Shown here in pieces: positions 1 to 8,782 of a stretch of DNA of 64,000 nt. The position numbers were made by a program, and so were the translations under genes. This DNA is from Candidatus Hermodarchaeum yapensis (GTDB taxonomy: Archaea > Asgardarchaeota > Hermodarchaeia > Hermodarchaeales > Hermodarchaeaceae), in NCBI GenBank assembly GCA_016840405.1, contig JAEOSK010000006.1, forward strand, positions 9,473 to 73,472. Reading direction: 5' to 3'. The notes under the pieces were generated by a model that did not search any database, was not told the origin of the DNA, and was given only the letters and a program-made list of their open reading frames with translations. Within the stretch, counting starts at the first letter, position 1. Each line of letters starts with the position of its first letter.

Positions 1-1195
1 ACATGTAGCCTAGTTGGCTTATTGTGCTAAAGGCGAGGACCTTCTTGAGTTCGTTTGCCACTAACGCCATTGTTGCAGCCATGAAGGCAGTAAAGGTGCC
101 GATGATAGCGATGATGAGGAAGAAGTTTAGGAGGGCATTTTGGGCAATGGCGTAGAGTGCGGGAATCATAATAGTACTGAGAGCGAAGTATCCTTGGACT
201 AGAATGGGTGACATTCGGGCAACCAAGTATACACCGGCTTTGACCATGGCGGCAGCGTGGATAAGTGCAGATACAGTAGTGGGCCCAGCCATAGCTTCTG
301 GAAGCCAGAACTGGAGTGGGAATTGGGCACTTTTACCAATGGGACCAAGGAAGAAGAGGAGAAATACCGTTAACAACAGAACACCATTCAGTACAATAGC
401 CATTTGGCCAAGCCATGCATAGTCCGTGAGGAGTGCTTGATAGTTGAGGGTTGGATTTCCTGCGGAGACAGTGAAGAAGAAAATGAAGATAATGGAGATG
501 AGGAGTCCGACATCACCGACGCGGGTGACGATGAAGGCTTTCATACCGCTGTGTGAATTGAGCTCGCCTTCAGTTACATCCCCAAGCTGGTCATCATGAA
601 CCATATTGGATCGATTGTACCAGAAACCAATGAGTGCGTAAGAGCATAGGCCAACGATTTCCCAGCCAATGAACGTGAGGAGGAGGTTGTTGGCCATGAC
701 CAGGATGACCATTCCACCGATGAAGAATTGCATGAAGAACCAATAGCGCGAGAGGGAAGAATCACCCTTCATGTAACCTAGGCTATAGGCGAGGATTAGG
801 AAGCCGACGCCAGTGGCGACACATGCCATGAAGACAGACAGGGGGTCAATGAGCATCCCCCAATCAATAGTGATCAAACCAGGAACCGAGATCCAAGGTG
901 AAGTAACTTCTAGCCATTGTGTGCCATCCCAAGCCACTCCGGAAAAGATGGCAGAGATCATTGAGAAAGCCATGAGCATGCCGAGGTAGCCAAAGAGGAT
1001 GGCGCTGTAGTCTCGGGCTTTTGGATGGAATTTCGCTAGAAGTGGAGCAAGGACGGCTCCAAGAATGGGGAATCCCCAGCAAAGCCATGCATTGTAGGGA
1101 TAGAACATTTGACCAAAGATCACTGCAGCAATCAAGATTATGGCTGCAATTATGACAATGATTAACCCGACGACCCTATTCTGTGAGTTTGACAT
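1..1195 (-). CDS. NuoL/MrpA(MnhA)/MbhH-like antiporter-type membrane subunit. Only the N-terminal part is present; the gene runs off the left edge.
   Basis: Absent from the ORF track because it is open at the window edge. My minus-strand translation from ATG 1195-1193 gives MSNSQNRVVGLIIV... It carries the family motifs TFIGWEIVGLCSYALIGFW, GKSAQFPLQFWLPEAMAGPTTVSALIHAAAMVKAGVYL and LKKVLAFSTISQLGYM. Confidence 0.9.
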   Translation of the reverse strand, partial: MSNSQNRVVGLIIVIIAAIILIAAVIFGQMFYPYNAWLCWGFPILGAVLAPLLAKFHPKARDYSAILFGYLGMLMAFSMISAIFSGVAWDGTQWLEVTSPWISVPGLITIDWGMLIDPLSVFMACVATGVGFLILAYSLGYMKGDSSLSRYWFFMQFFIGGMVILVMANNLLLTFIGWEIVGLCSYALIGFWYNRSNMVHDDQLGDVTEGELNSHSGMKAFIVTRVGDVGLLISIIFIFFFTVSAGNPTLNYQALLTDYAWLGQMAIVLNGVLLLTVFLLFFLGPIGKSAQFPLQFWLPEAMAGPTTVSALIHAAAMVKAGVYLVARMSPILVQGYFALSTIMIPALYAIAQNALLNFFLIIAIIGTFTAFMAATMALVANELKKVLAFSTISQLGYM

Positions 1196-1215
1196 TTTTC
1201 TTTTTCACCTCAGAG

Positions 1216-1551
1216 TTAATGACGTAGTTTGTTCAGTTTTCGGATGTCGAGGGTTCCGAATTTATTGTATGCTCGAATGATGAAGGCTAGCGCAATGGCA
1301 ATGACGCCACCACCGATACAGATACTGACGATGACGATTGCTTGAGCTAGTAGGTCAATGTAAAAGCCCTGCCAGGCAACGGCAAAGGTGATGAAGTTCA
1401 AGTGAGCTCCGTCAAGAAGTAATTCTAGGGCAATAAGGAACCTGATCATATTTCGCTTCGTCGCCATTCCATAAATTCCAATAGCATACAGGAAGACTGC
1501 GACGATGAGGAATACATAGATGGGGACGCCTAACAATTCAAGATATGACAT
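1216..1551 (-). CDS. NuoK/MnhC/MbhG-like small membrane subunit
   Basis: 111 aa with 3 TM helices. The ALELLLDGAHLNF segment is typical of NuoK/MrpC. It lies directly upstream of the NuoL-like gene on the same strand. Confidence 0.85.
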   Translation of the reverse strand: MSYLELLGVPIYVFLIVAVFLYAIGIYGMATKRNMIRFLIALELLLDGAHLNFITFAVAWQGFYIDLLAQAIVIVSICIGGGVIAIALAFIIRAYNKFGTLDIRKLNKLRH

Positions 1552-1557
1552 TTTGAA

Positions 1558-1857
1558 TTACTCCTCCTCCATTGCTTCTGTTGACTTTGGTTCAGCCACG
1601 TGGAAAAAGATTGAGGCCGCCAGAGCGGCGACAAACAGAAACACGCCTTGTAGAACCATATCGATGCCCCGATAATGCCATAACATTTCACCGAGTGCAT
1701 GGATCATATCATAAACGTCATCCGGTGAAACAAATCGAGTCAGTGGAATAGGATCCTGAGGAATCAACACTACTCCAGCCATTCCCATTACAATCAGATA
1801 TGCAAAGAGAAGTCCAAACAACAATGTTAGGATAAAACCTACTGCTTTGATTCTCAT
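1558..1857 (-). CDS. MnhB/MbhE-like membrane subunit
   Basis: 99 aa. It has a WHYRGIDMVLQGVFLFVAALA segment (MnhB-domain-like YRG.D...E/Q). There is a 4-nt overlap with the upstream gene. Confidence 0.6.
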   Translation of the reverse strand: MRIKAVGFILTLLFGLLFAYLIVMGMAGVVLIPQDPIPLTRFVSPDDVYDMIHALGEMLWHYRGIDMVLQGVFLFVAALAASIFFHVAEPKSTEAMEEE

Positions 1858-2228
1858 GTCACGTCCTCCTCTTCGATTTCACCAGTACCACGACGTGTCG
1901 ATAACGAAACAGCAGCCACTAACAGAATCGTAACTGCCCCCGCATAAACTGCGAGCTGGAAAAAGGCCACCCACGGGGCAAAAAGCGCCAAGTAAATTAA
2001 TCCAAGCGCAATAGCGGATCCTGCCAAATAGAGAGCAGAATGTAAGAGATCTTTATCTTCCATTGCTAGAATGGCAAATACCACCACAAGAATAAGCAGC
2101 CCATATAAAGAATACACGGAAAATGGTGGACCTAACAGCATAAACAAAGACAATACGATGGCTACGGCTATTATTGCCAGTAGCCCAACGACCACAGTTC
2201 GAGATAACGACATCGTTGGAATCTCCAT
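1854..2228 (-). CDS. NuoJ/MbhD-like membrane subunit
   Basis: 124 aa and hydrophobic. It has a FQLAVYAGAVTILLVAAV segment resembling the NuoJ motif. It is the first gene of the minus-strand membrane-arm operon. Confidence 0.6.
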   Translation of the reverse strand: MEIPTMSLSRTVVVGLLAIIAVAIVLSLFMLLGPPFSVYSLYGLLILVVVFAILAMEDKDLLHSALYLAGSAIALGLIYLALFAPWVAFFQLAVYAGAVTILLVAAVSLSTRRGTGEIEEEDVT

Positions 2229-2229
2229 T

Positions 2230-3700
2230 ACGGTAACTGGAGTACTTAGACCCGCCTTTTTCTTGCTTCTGCTTAAAAGTGTAGCTACAAGTTTGACTTT
2301 TTTTCATCACATTGAGCAACTTGACACTTTTCACAAAGTATTTTGAAAAGGTGAACTACCCCTGCTTTCATGCAGTGGTTTCCATCGAGTCCTCTACCCG
2401 GGGAACATGGGGGAGGGCTGTGTGTCGATGTAAGCCATGCAAGAAAGCTTGTAATGGCTCCCCGTTTACTGGGGGTTGCTGCAATAGGAACCGCACCATA
2501 AGGTTTACTGCGGCATTCTGATCTCGATTAAAGGGGGTTCCACAATCGCATTGAATAAGACGTTCCGATAACTGACGATCTCGAACCGTGCCACATACAC
2601 AGCATCTCTTGGTTGCCTGCGTCTCGTCAATTCTTATCACTCTTTTACCTACTTTCTTGGCTTTGTAGGTCAAGAATTGGACGAATCGCCCCAAGAAGTC
2701 GGTGTTCTGGATAGAATGATGTAGTGTTCGAGTTGCTGCATCCTGTCGCCGACACCCCGACACTTGTTTTTTCCGCGCCATCTGTTTCACCACGAGATTC
2801 CCAACGATGATCGTGTTAGCCCGAGTATTCATAACCACTGACTTGGAAATTTTATGTTGAAAATCCCGTAACTGGTTAGCCAGTTTCCGTCGCATCTTCA
2901 GCAATTTTCGCTGATAGAACCACCATCGATTACTAGATTCTCGACAATGATCGCGTCGCGATTGTACTTCTCGAAGTTTGTCTTTCCAGTACAGGTCCGG
3001 ACGACGATTGCGAATTTGGACGAACTTTCCCTGTGGGTTCACTGCCGTGACCAAATTGATCACCCCCAAGTCAATGGCTTGATACCGTCCATTGTCTACA
3101 TATGGGGGAACTGGCACCTCGCAGGTGATGGCGACAAACCATCGACGTCGTTGATCTTGAAAGATTTCCACCTGCTTGATTCTACCGCTTAGAGGTGGTA
3201 ACTAAGATAACGCAAACTCAAGTTCAACTCCCGAAGGATGACGGTGGGCGAAACGAATCTTCTGGTGATCAACATCAAATACAAATCCGGATTGATTATA
3301 GCACAATGTAGTAAAGTAGTGTTTGCCCTTACAGCGGGGAGGTCGGGCTTGGATATCGCCGCGATGCCAGCAGGCGAAGAACGACTTGTAATCGGCATCG
3401 AGACGTCGTAACACCATTTGCAGGACCTTTGAATAGACCCAGGCATATTCGGGATATTTTACTTTGAGAACAGGCAGGAAATTTTGTTGTTGTATGTACG
3501 TGATGTAGATGCGCTCGGTCTTCGGTTTCGTACGATTGGTTGCCCACCGTTGGCGTCTTTCGGCAAGGGCAAAGTTGTAGAGAAGGCGACATTTTTCGGA
3601 TAACGCCCACAAGACATGGGCTTGTTCCGGCGTAGGAGCTATGCGGATTTTTCGTGTCAGCAGCATCCGGGTCATGGAACAATAAAAAAGTCATCGGCGT
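2230..3700 (-). mobile_element. IS200/IS605-family tnpB-only (IS1341-like) element; boundaries approximate
   Basis: Contains only a TnpB/OrfB gene. It is wedged between the two divergent halves of the hydrogenase/Mrp-like cluster. The ends were not mapped. Confidence 0.55.
2368..3675 (-). pseudogene. tnpB: TnpB (IS200/IS605 OrfB) RNA-guided-nuclease-family gene interrupted by one in-frame TAG (3202-3204)
   Basis: ORFs 3202..3675 and 2368..3171 are in the same frame. The joined reading is ...VELEFALS-TAG-LPPLSGRIKQVEIFQDQRRRW... N-terminus is LLTRKIRIAPTPEQ. RuvC-I is AIDLGVINLV, the Zn ribbon is CCVCG...CDCG, and RuvC-III is NRDQNAAVNL. The usual xEDL position reads IIVGNL. Confidence 0.85.
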
Positions 3701-3791
3701 TTTTCAGTCTGTGGGAGAGGTGCTGATAACTATTGGGCGATTCTTCTCCGCCTTGAAAAATGGGGACTTCTTGGCAAATAAATTAAATACG

Positions 3792-4394
3792 GTGAAAGCG
3801 CCCCAACTCCAGATAGGAAGTATTCTTCAAGGAGGATTGCTAACCGTTTCGCTACCCCCCATCATCTCGGTATTTGGGTTTAAAGACTCAGGGAAAACGA
3901 CAGTGGCTACAGGCATTATTAAGCATCTTAATAGTCTGAACCGTTGTGTTCTTAGTGCGAAACATGTTGGAGAACCTACCTTCTCAATTGATAGCCCAGG
4001 AACAGACTCATATCGGCATTTGGAAGCAGGTGCAACAGCAACATTTCTCCACAGTGAAACCTCAACCACACTACTTCTTAGCGAACCAGTCAAAGATTTA
4101 TGGGCACTTTTAGAATTGGGTGTAAAGGCAGTCCCTGTTGATGTCATCGTTGTCGAAGGCTTTCGCACTTGGACACAACAAAACCAGCAAATTGCAAAAA
4201 TCATCTGCATCCGAACAATAGAAGAAATCTCTGAGTTTCAAGCCGAAACAGCAAGCCCTATTCTTGGTCAATGCACGCTGAACCCAGAGATCCAATCGGT
4301 CATCAATATTCCTGATGAATTGCCCTTCCTCCTCGAAGCTATTGACAAATGGCTTCTTACAGCCCCCTCCATACCTATAGGTGAAAAAAAATGA
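3792..4394 (+). CDS. mobB: MobB-like P-loop protein (molybdopterin-guanine dinucleotide biosynthesis adapter family)
   Basis: P-loop FGFKDSGKTT, then ...DSYRHLEAGA... and VVEGF, as in MobB. The track ORF starts at 3654 but that 5' end overlaps tnpB. In-frame GTG 3792 or TTG 3837 (preceded by GGAGGA) are more likely starts. Confidence 0.7.
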   Translation: MKAPQLQIGSILQGGLLTVSLPPIISVFGFKDSGKTTVATGIIKHLNSLNRCVLSAKHVGEPTFSIDSPGTDSYRHLEAGATATFLHSETSTTLLLSEPVKDLWALLELGVKAVPVDVIVVEGFRTWTQQNQQIAKIICIRTIEEISEFQAETASPILGQCTLNPEIQSVINIPDELPFLLEAIDKWLLTAPSIPIGEKK

Positions 4395-4558
4395 CCAATG
4401 ATGATAGGAAAACTACACTCATTGTTTTTGATCGTGAAATAGTAATAAACGATTACGTAGATGGTTTGCTCCAAAAGGTTGTGCTCGCTGTCGTCTCCGC
4501 ACTTCGTGCACCAAAAACCAAGGGCACAGAAAAGGTTCGGATTGAAATATCTGATTAA
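4391..4558 (+). CDS. Small hypothetical protein (55 aa), possibly translationally coupled to mobB
   Basis: ATGA start/stop overlap with the mobB-like gene. My translation is MTNDDRKTTLIVFDREIVINDYVDGLLQKVVLAVVSALRAPKTKGTEKVRIEISD. It falls below the ORF-track length cut-off. Confidence 0.3.
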   Translation: MTNDDRKTTLIVFDREIVINDYVDGLLQKVVLAVVSALRAPKTKGTEKVRIEISD

Positions 4559-4692
4559 CGCTTCATCAAAGACAATAGCAGGTTCGCAAGGTGAATTGCC
4601 CCTAAAGAAAAAATTCTAGTGGGAGCAAGCCTTTTATACAAAGCCAAACCCTTTGACTGCTAACGAGCCAAACCCCGTGGTGAACCCGGAGA

Positions 4693-5025
4693 ATGCAATT
4701 TACTTGGTTAGAAAACATCCAAGGATTTGGGTGGTTCCTTGCCGCCTTTGGCGTGATTCTTCTTATTGTTCTACTACTGTATTGGATTGGCAAACGAATC
4801 GCCCCGAGTAATCCGAACAAAGAAAAGGAAACAACCTATGCATGTGGTGAAGATATCCCAGGCGTGAAGACCCAATTCCATTCACACCTTCTTCGCTATG
4901 CTGTGTATTTTACGATTTTTGATATCATAGCCTTTATACTGGCAACCTCGATGGGCATTTTCGGATGGGTTCCCCTCATCTATCTGGCCGTCGCCTTTGT
5001 AGCAATTCTAATCTTACGTAAATAG
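4693..5025 (+). CDS. NuoA-like membrane subunit
   Basis: 110 aa with 3 TM helices. It has a YACGE motif (NuoA YECG) and LRYAVYFTIFDI. Confidence 0.8.
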   Translation: MQFTWLENIQGFGWFLAAFGVILLIVLLLYWIGKRIAPSNPNKEKETTYACGEDIPGVKTQFHSHLLRYAVYFTIFDIIAFILATSMGIFGWVPLIYLAVAFVAILILRK

Positions 5026-5037
5026 GAGATTAACAAA

Positions 5038-5472
5038 ATGGGTGTCGTTGATCGTCTTGTCACATGGGCTCGCATTAAATCCCCATGGATACTCCACCTG
5101 AACTCAGGGGGATGCAATGGATGCGATATCGAAATCCTTGATGCATTAACACCTCGTTACGACCTTGAACGGTTTGGTGTCCTGTTGAAAGGCAGCCCAC
5201 GCCATGCTGATGTACTCTTGGTTAGTGGGCCGATTACAAAACAGGTTGCAAAACGGTTTCTACGTATTTACAATCAGACTCCAGATCCCAAATTTGTCGT
5301 TGGAATCGGTGCCTGCACAATGTCAGGTGGTGTCTTCCGGGAATGCTATAACGTGATGGGGGGATTAGATGGTGTGATCCCCGTGAATGCTTGGATCCCG
5401 GGTTGTCCACCAAAGCCTGAGGCAATTATTTATGGTGTTGCCGCACTACTCGGAAAGTTAGCAGGCGGATAG
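5038..5472 (+). CDS. NuoB / energy-converting [NiFe]-hydrogenase small subunit (MbhJ/EchC-like)
   Basis: Motifs GGCNGCDIE ... GACTMSGG ... GCPPKPE. The CNGC spacing is the group-4 hydrogenase type rather than the complex-I CCxxE type. AGGAG lies upstream. Confidence 0.9.
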   Translation: MGVVDRLVTWARIKSPWILHLNSGGCNGCDIEILDALTPRYDLERFGVLLKGSPRHADVLLVSGPITKQVAKRFLRIYNQTPDPKFVVGIGACTMSGGVFRECYNVMGGLDGVIPVNAWIPGCPPKPEAIIYGVAALLGKLAGG

Positions 5473-5498
5473 GGATAAGTTTTGGTTAACGGAGGTAA

Positions 5499-6002
5499 AT
5501 GATTATGGCAAAAGAAGAGAAACCCCCAAAGAAGCCGACGAAGAAAGAAGGCGCAATGATGGCTGAAATTGAAAAAGCCATGGGTGATGATTTCATTTCA
5601 TCCGAGTTCATGCGGGAACACAGTATCTATGTGACCGTAAAAGCTGAAGCGGTTCGTAAAGCGGTTGATTGGATGAAAACAGAGTGGGGTCTTACCCACT
5701 TGTCATCGATTACAGGGATGGACCTACGAGGTGAACTAGCCGTGATTTACCACTTCGAAGTGAAAGCCGTCTCCGTGAGCCTTCACATCCAGGTGCCTAC
5801 TTCACACCCTGAAGTCGATTCAATCACTCCCCTAATTCCTGGTGCTACGTTGTATGAACGAGAGGTTCATGACCTCCTTGGTGTTAAATTCAAGGGCCAC
5901 CCGAACCTCAAACGATTAATTTTACCTGAGGACTGGCCCAAGGATGTATATCCTCTTCGAAAGGATTGGGAATCACCCCGTCTGGATAAGCCTGATAAAT
6001 AG
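5499..6002 (+). CDS. NuoC/MbhK-like subunit
   Basis: Motifs LSSITGMD, AVIYHF and ATLYEREVHDLLGVKFKGHP are typical of the NuoC 30-kDa subunit. GGAGGT lies upstream. Confidence 0.85.
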   Translation: MIMAKEEKPPKKPTKKEGAMMAEIEKAMGDDFISSEFMREHSIYVTVKAEAVRKAVDWMKTEWGLTHLSSITGMDLRGELAVIYHFEVKAVSVSLHIQVPTSHPEVDSITPLIPGATLYEREVHDLLGVKFKGHPNLKRLILPEDWPKDVYPLRKDWESPRLDKPDK

Positions 6003-6081
6003 TAAGTCACCTAATCTTCTCTAAGTAGTCTCATTATCAAATGATTAATGAGAATGATTACCAAGTGAAAATAGTTTAGAG

Positions 6082-6990
6082 CTATTTGGGTTTGGCAGGT
6101 TTACCTGCGAGTTTTGTTTTACCACCTACGGTGCCATCATCAAAGTGGGGTGACCGATGAAGGCTATCACCATATTTTTCAATTTCTCTGGCTTCGTCTG
6201 CAAGAAGAGCAGCAGTTCGCATCATCTCATGCGCAGAAGCTACTGTGGGGATGTATTTTTCGTGCTCTTTTTGCTTGAAACAACCCTTGATGGCAATGGG
6301 TGCGACGGCGGTGGCGATTTCGTAGGCGGCCATCGCTTTGGCACGAGCATAGGGATTTGTGAATTTACCTGCGCTGACAGCTCGTGAAGCATTAATCACT
6401 AAGGTAGGGACTTTCGGTTCTTTACCTGCAACAATATTAGCAATGGCTTCGTCTAATGCTTGTAGTACTCGACGAAGAGCTCCAGTAGCTGCTAATACAC
6501 GGATGACATCAGCATTGAAGAGCACCATTTCTGTCGGATCCAAGAATTCCCGACGCGCTCCAATCATGGAATCAGCAGGGATCAGGATGTAACCATAACC
6601 TTCAGCGGCTAGGGCTTCCCGTTGATCTTTGGGTAAGAGATCTGATAGAATAATGACAGGTATACCAGCTTTCTTGATCACTTCTCGGGCTTTGGCTGGA
6701 CCTTTAAGTGCGGCATTCGGGCTGGGGATTAATACAAGCTGAGGTTTCTGTTCAATAAGCTGTTGTGCGCTACGTTCGGCCACTTCCTCGTTCATCTTGG
6801 CACCGGAGCCAACAAGAACGACATCGAAGTTTTCGCGTTCAGCGCGTTCATCGAATAAGAGTTCGAGGAGGGGAGATGTTCCGATATTACCTAATTTCAA
6901 TACACCAAGGAGAAAGGGAGTTGAACTCAAACTAAGACCACCACAAAGTGTGTTGTATATGTAGCTGGTTCTGTCGTGGTTACATGACAA
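6082..6990 (-). CDS. mtd: F420-dependent methylenetetrahydromethanopterin dehydrogenase
   Basis: KLGNIGTSPLLELLFDERAERE..., GARREFLDP, ASAHEMMR and LADEARE match my recollection of Mtd. The N-terminal 30 aa of the track ORF look spurious. TTG at 6900 (giving MKLGNIGTS) is the likely start. Confidence 0.9.
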   Translation of the reverse strand: MSCNHDRTSYIYNTLCGGLSLSSTPFLLGVLKLGNIGTSPLLELLFDERAERENFDVVLVGSGAKMNEEVAERSAQQLIEQKPQLVLIPSPNAALKGPAKAREVIKKAGIPVIILSDLLPKDQREALAAEGYGYILIPADSMIGARREFLDPTEMVLFNADVIRVLAATGALRRVLQALDEAIANIVAGKEPKVPTLVINASRAVSAGKFTNPYARAKAMAAYEIATAVAPIAIKGCFKQKEHEKYIPTVASAHEMMRTAALLADEAREIEKYGDSLHRSPHFDDGTVGGKTKLAGKPAKPK

Positions 6991-7039
6991 AAGTGTTTAG
7001 TTTCAAGTGAGAAAAACAAATGTAAGGGGTTCGGGGTGA

Positions 7040-8095
7040 TTATGGGTTGACTTTGGGAGCAGCGATTCGTCGGAGGCGGTCAAGGTTTTCTGCTTCGATT
7101 TCTTCATGAAGGAATAATTTGGCGGCAATCATTTCTTCGATGAGGCTTTCACCTTGTTCGCTTCGAGCAAGGACGGTTGACCATTTTCCAGGAGTTCCAG
7201 CTCCACCTACAGAAACGTCGGCAAAGTCCGAAGAAAAATCGCGGCAATGATGACAGCCAGGATCCACCCAATCTTGGGCTTCTTTCAAGGGAATCTTCAA
7301 CGATTCTTTAACACCCCGAGGGTAGACGAGAAGCTTTCCTTTGATGTCGAGTTTTCGGAGATTCTTCAGAGGAACACCTAGATCGTCGACGATTTTTTGT
7401 TGCATGAGTTCATCGAATTTGAAAGTCTCACTGCAAAAGAGTCCGATGGTAAACACGACCGTTCGATCAATTCGTTTCAGTGGGGCTAGTCGCATACGTT
7501 GTATTGCTTGGATATGACACGGTGTACCAACCAGTGCAATCTGTTTCAGTTTACGATCTTTGATTGCCTCCTTTAGTGCCACGAGATTCGGTGAGCGAGT
7601 GTAGCGGGATTTCGAAGCTGCAACGATTTCCTTTCTTGTTGTTGCCACTTGGGGCAAAGGATGCCATGGGTTATCCGGGTCAACTCCAGAGAGGACGGCA
7701 CCTTCAATCTTACCCGTTTCTAAAAGATGGACAAGCATGCCAGTAACAATTCCACCGTCTTGCGCACGTTTGCGAATTGACTCGTCAGCATTTCGAAGTG
7801 CGTATGCTTGACGGTAAACACCGAGTGCTGGATCACGTGTGGCATCCTCTCCAAAGACTTCGGTATAGAGGGGTCCATAATCATCAATCATCCTTGGACA
7901 TGACTTCCAACAGAACTCACACTTATTGCACTCCTTCACCAACGTTGGTCGAAGGTTTTGCAGTTCTATTGCTCCGATGGGACATGCTGCTTCACAGCCA
8001 CCACAGCTGCAGCATTTGCCAGCATCAATGACATTTGCTTCTAAGTGCTCAAATCCAAGTTTCTCAGGCTTTTCCTTACTCAACGGAATCACCAA
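7040..8095 (-). CDS. FrhB/FdhB/FpoF-family F420-binding protein with an N-terminal 2x[4Fe-4S] ferredoxin domain
   Basis: Cluster motifs CCSCGGCEAACP and CNKCEFCWKSCP. The remainder has an FrhB-like length and layout (GTPCHIQA motif). It is adjacent to and co-oriented with mtd. Confidence 0.75.
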   Translation of the reverse strand: MVIPLSKEKPEKLGFEHLEANVIDAGKCCSCGGCEAACPIGAIELQNLRPTLVKECNKCEFCWKSCPRMIDDYGPLYTEVFGEDATRDPALGVYRQAYALRNADESIRKRAQDGGIVTGMLVHLLETGKIEGAVLSGVDPDNPWHPLPQVATTRKEIVAASKSRYTRSPNLVALKEAIKDRKLKQIALVGTPCHIQAIQRMRLAPLKRIDRTVVFTIGLFCSETFKFDELMQQKIVDDLGVPLKNLRKLDIKGKLLVYPRGVKESLKIPLKEAQDWVDPGCHHCRDFSSDFADVSVGGAGTPGKWSTVLARSEQGESLIEEMIAAKLFLHEEIEAENLDRLRRIAAPKVNP

Positions 8096-8186
8096 ATTTC
8101 AAGAACATATTTTTGTAGACAAAGAGGTGTTCTGTCTACTTAAACCTGCCATCCACACCAGCCATTGATGAATAGTGCGCTTGAGG

Positions 8187-8636
8187 TTAGTCCAGTTGGG
8201 TTATCTTAGGTTCCACATGAACCTTACAGACAATTGAACGGGTAATATGACAGTATTTTTCTGTTAGCGTGATAGCTCGTTTAACCTGAGAAAGCTTGGC
8301 GTTTTTGGGTACCGTGATCACCATGGTGATGTAGATCTCTGTGAACTGCCAGCCACCTTCAGGATGTCTTTGGAGTACACCGTGTCCAGTAGCTTGATGA
8401 GCCACTAGTGGTTGTTTCATCCGATTCATCATACTGGCAAAGGTGGTGATATAACAGCCCGTCACTGCTGACATGAAGAGATCATGGGGGGAGTATGCGT
8501 TTGGTTTACCTTCCCATTGAAGGGGGGAGGTGAGTGGAAGAGATGGTTTATCTTCAGGAGTAATAGTACCTTCTTTTCCACTTATCCAAGTGCTACTTGC
8601 ATTGAACTCGTGAAATTCGACAGGTTTGTCACTCAT
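8187..8636 (-). CDS. OsmC/Ohr-family peroxiredoxin-like protein
   Basis: 149 aa. It has SPHDLFMSAVTGCYITTF and a C-terminal EKYCHI, the two-Cys layout of OsmC. Confidence 0.8.
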   Translation of the reverse strand: MSDKPVEFHEFNASSTWISGKEGTITPEDKPSLPLTSPLQWEGKPNAYSPHDLFMSAVTGCYITTFASMMNRMKQPLVAHQATGHGVLQRHPEGGWQFTEIYITMVITVPKNAKLSQVKRAITLTEKYCHITRSIVCKVHVEPKITQLD

Positions 8637-8782
8637 CTTGGACCCTCGGGCAGCCCTGAATTGAATTAGACTTTTAGCTGTTCGGGAGATTCAACACTTC
8701 ACCAAGATGCAACAGCGAAAAAAGTATTAGGGCGCCTGTTGGACACAATCATATCTTCCTAGATGCTTCAGGTGAATCATGC

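Noticed and set aside
204-1088. Track ORFs 204..422(+), 574..765(-) and 864..1088(-)
   Set aside because: They lie inside, or antisense to, the clearly recognisable NuoL/MrpA-like reading frame (minus strand, open to the window edge). These shadow ORFs have no motifs.
2053-2521. ORFs 2053..2334(-), 2071..2346(+) and 2312..2521(+)
   Set aside because: They overlap the NuoJ-like gene or the tnpB 3' end in wrong frames or strands. Their composition is low-complexity, with no RBS or motif.
3189-3694. ORFs 3189..3446(-) and 3329..3694(-), plus the 5' extension of the MobB-like ORF (3654..3791)
   Set aside because: These are alternative frames of the TnpB N-terminal region. The TnpB frame carries the conserved motifs.
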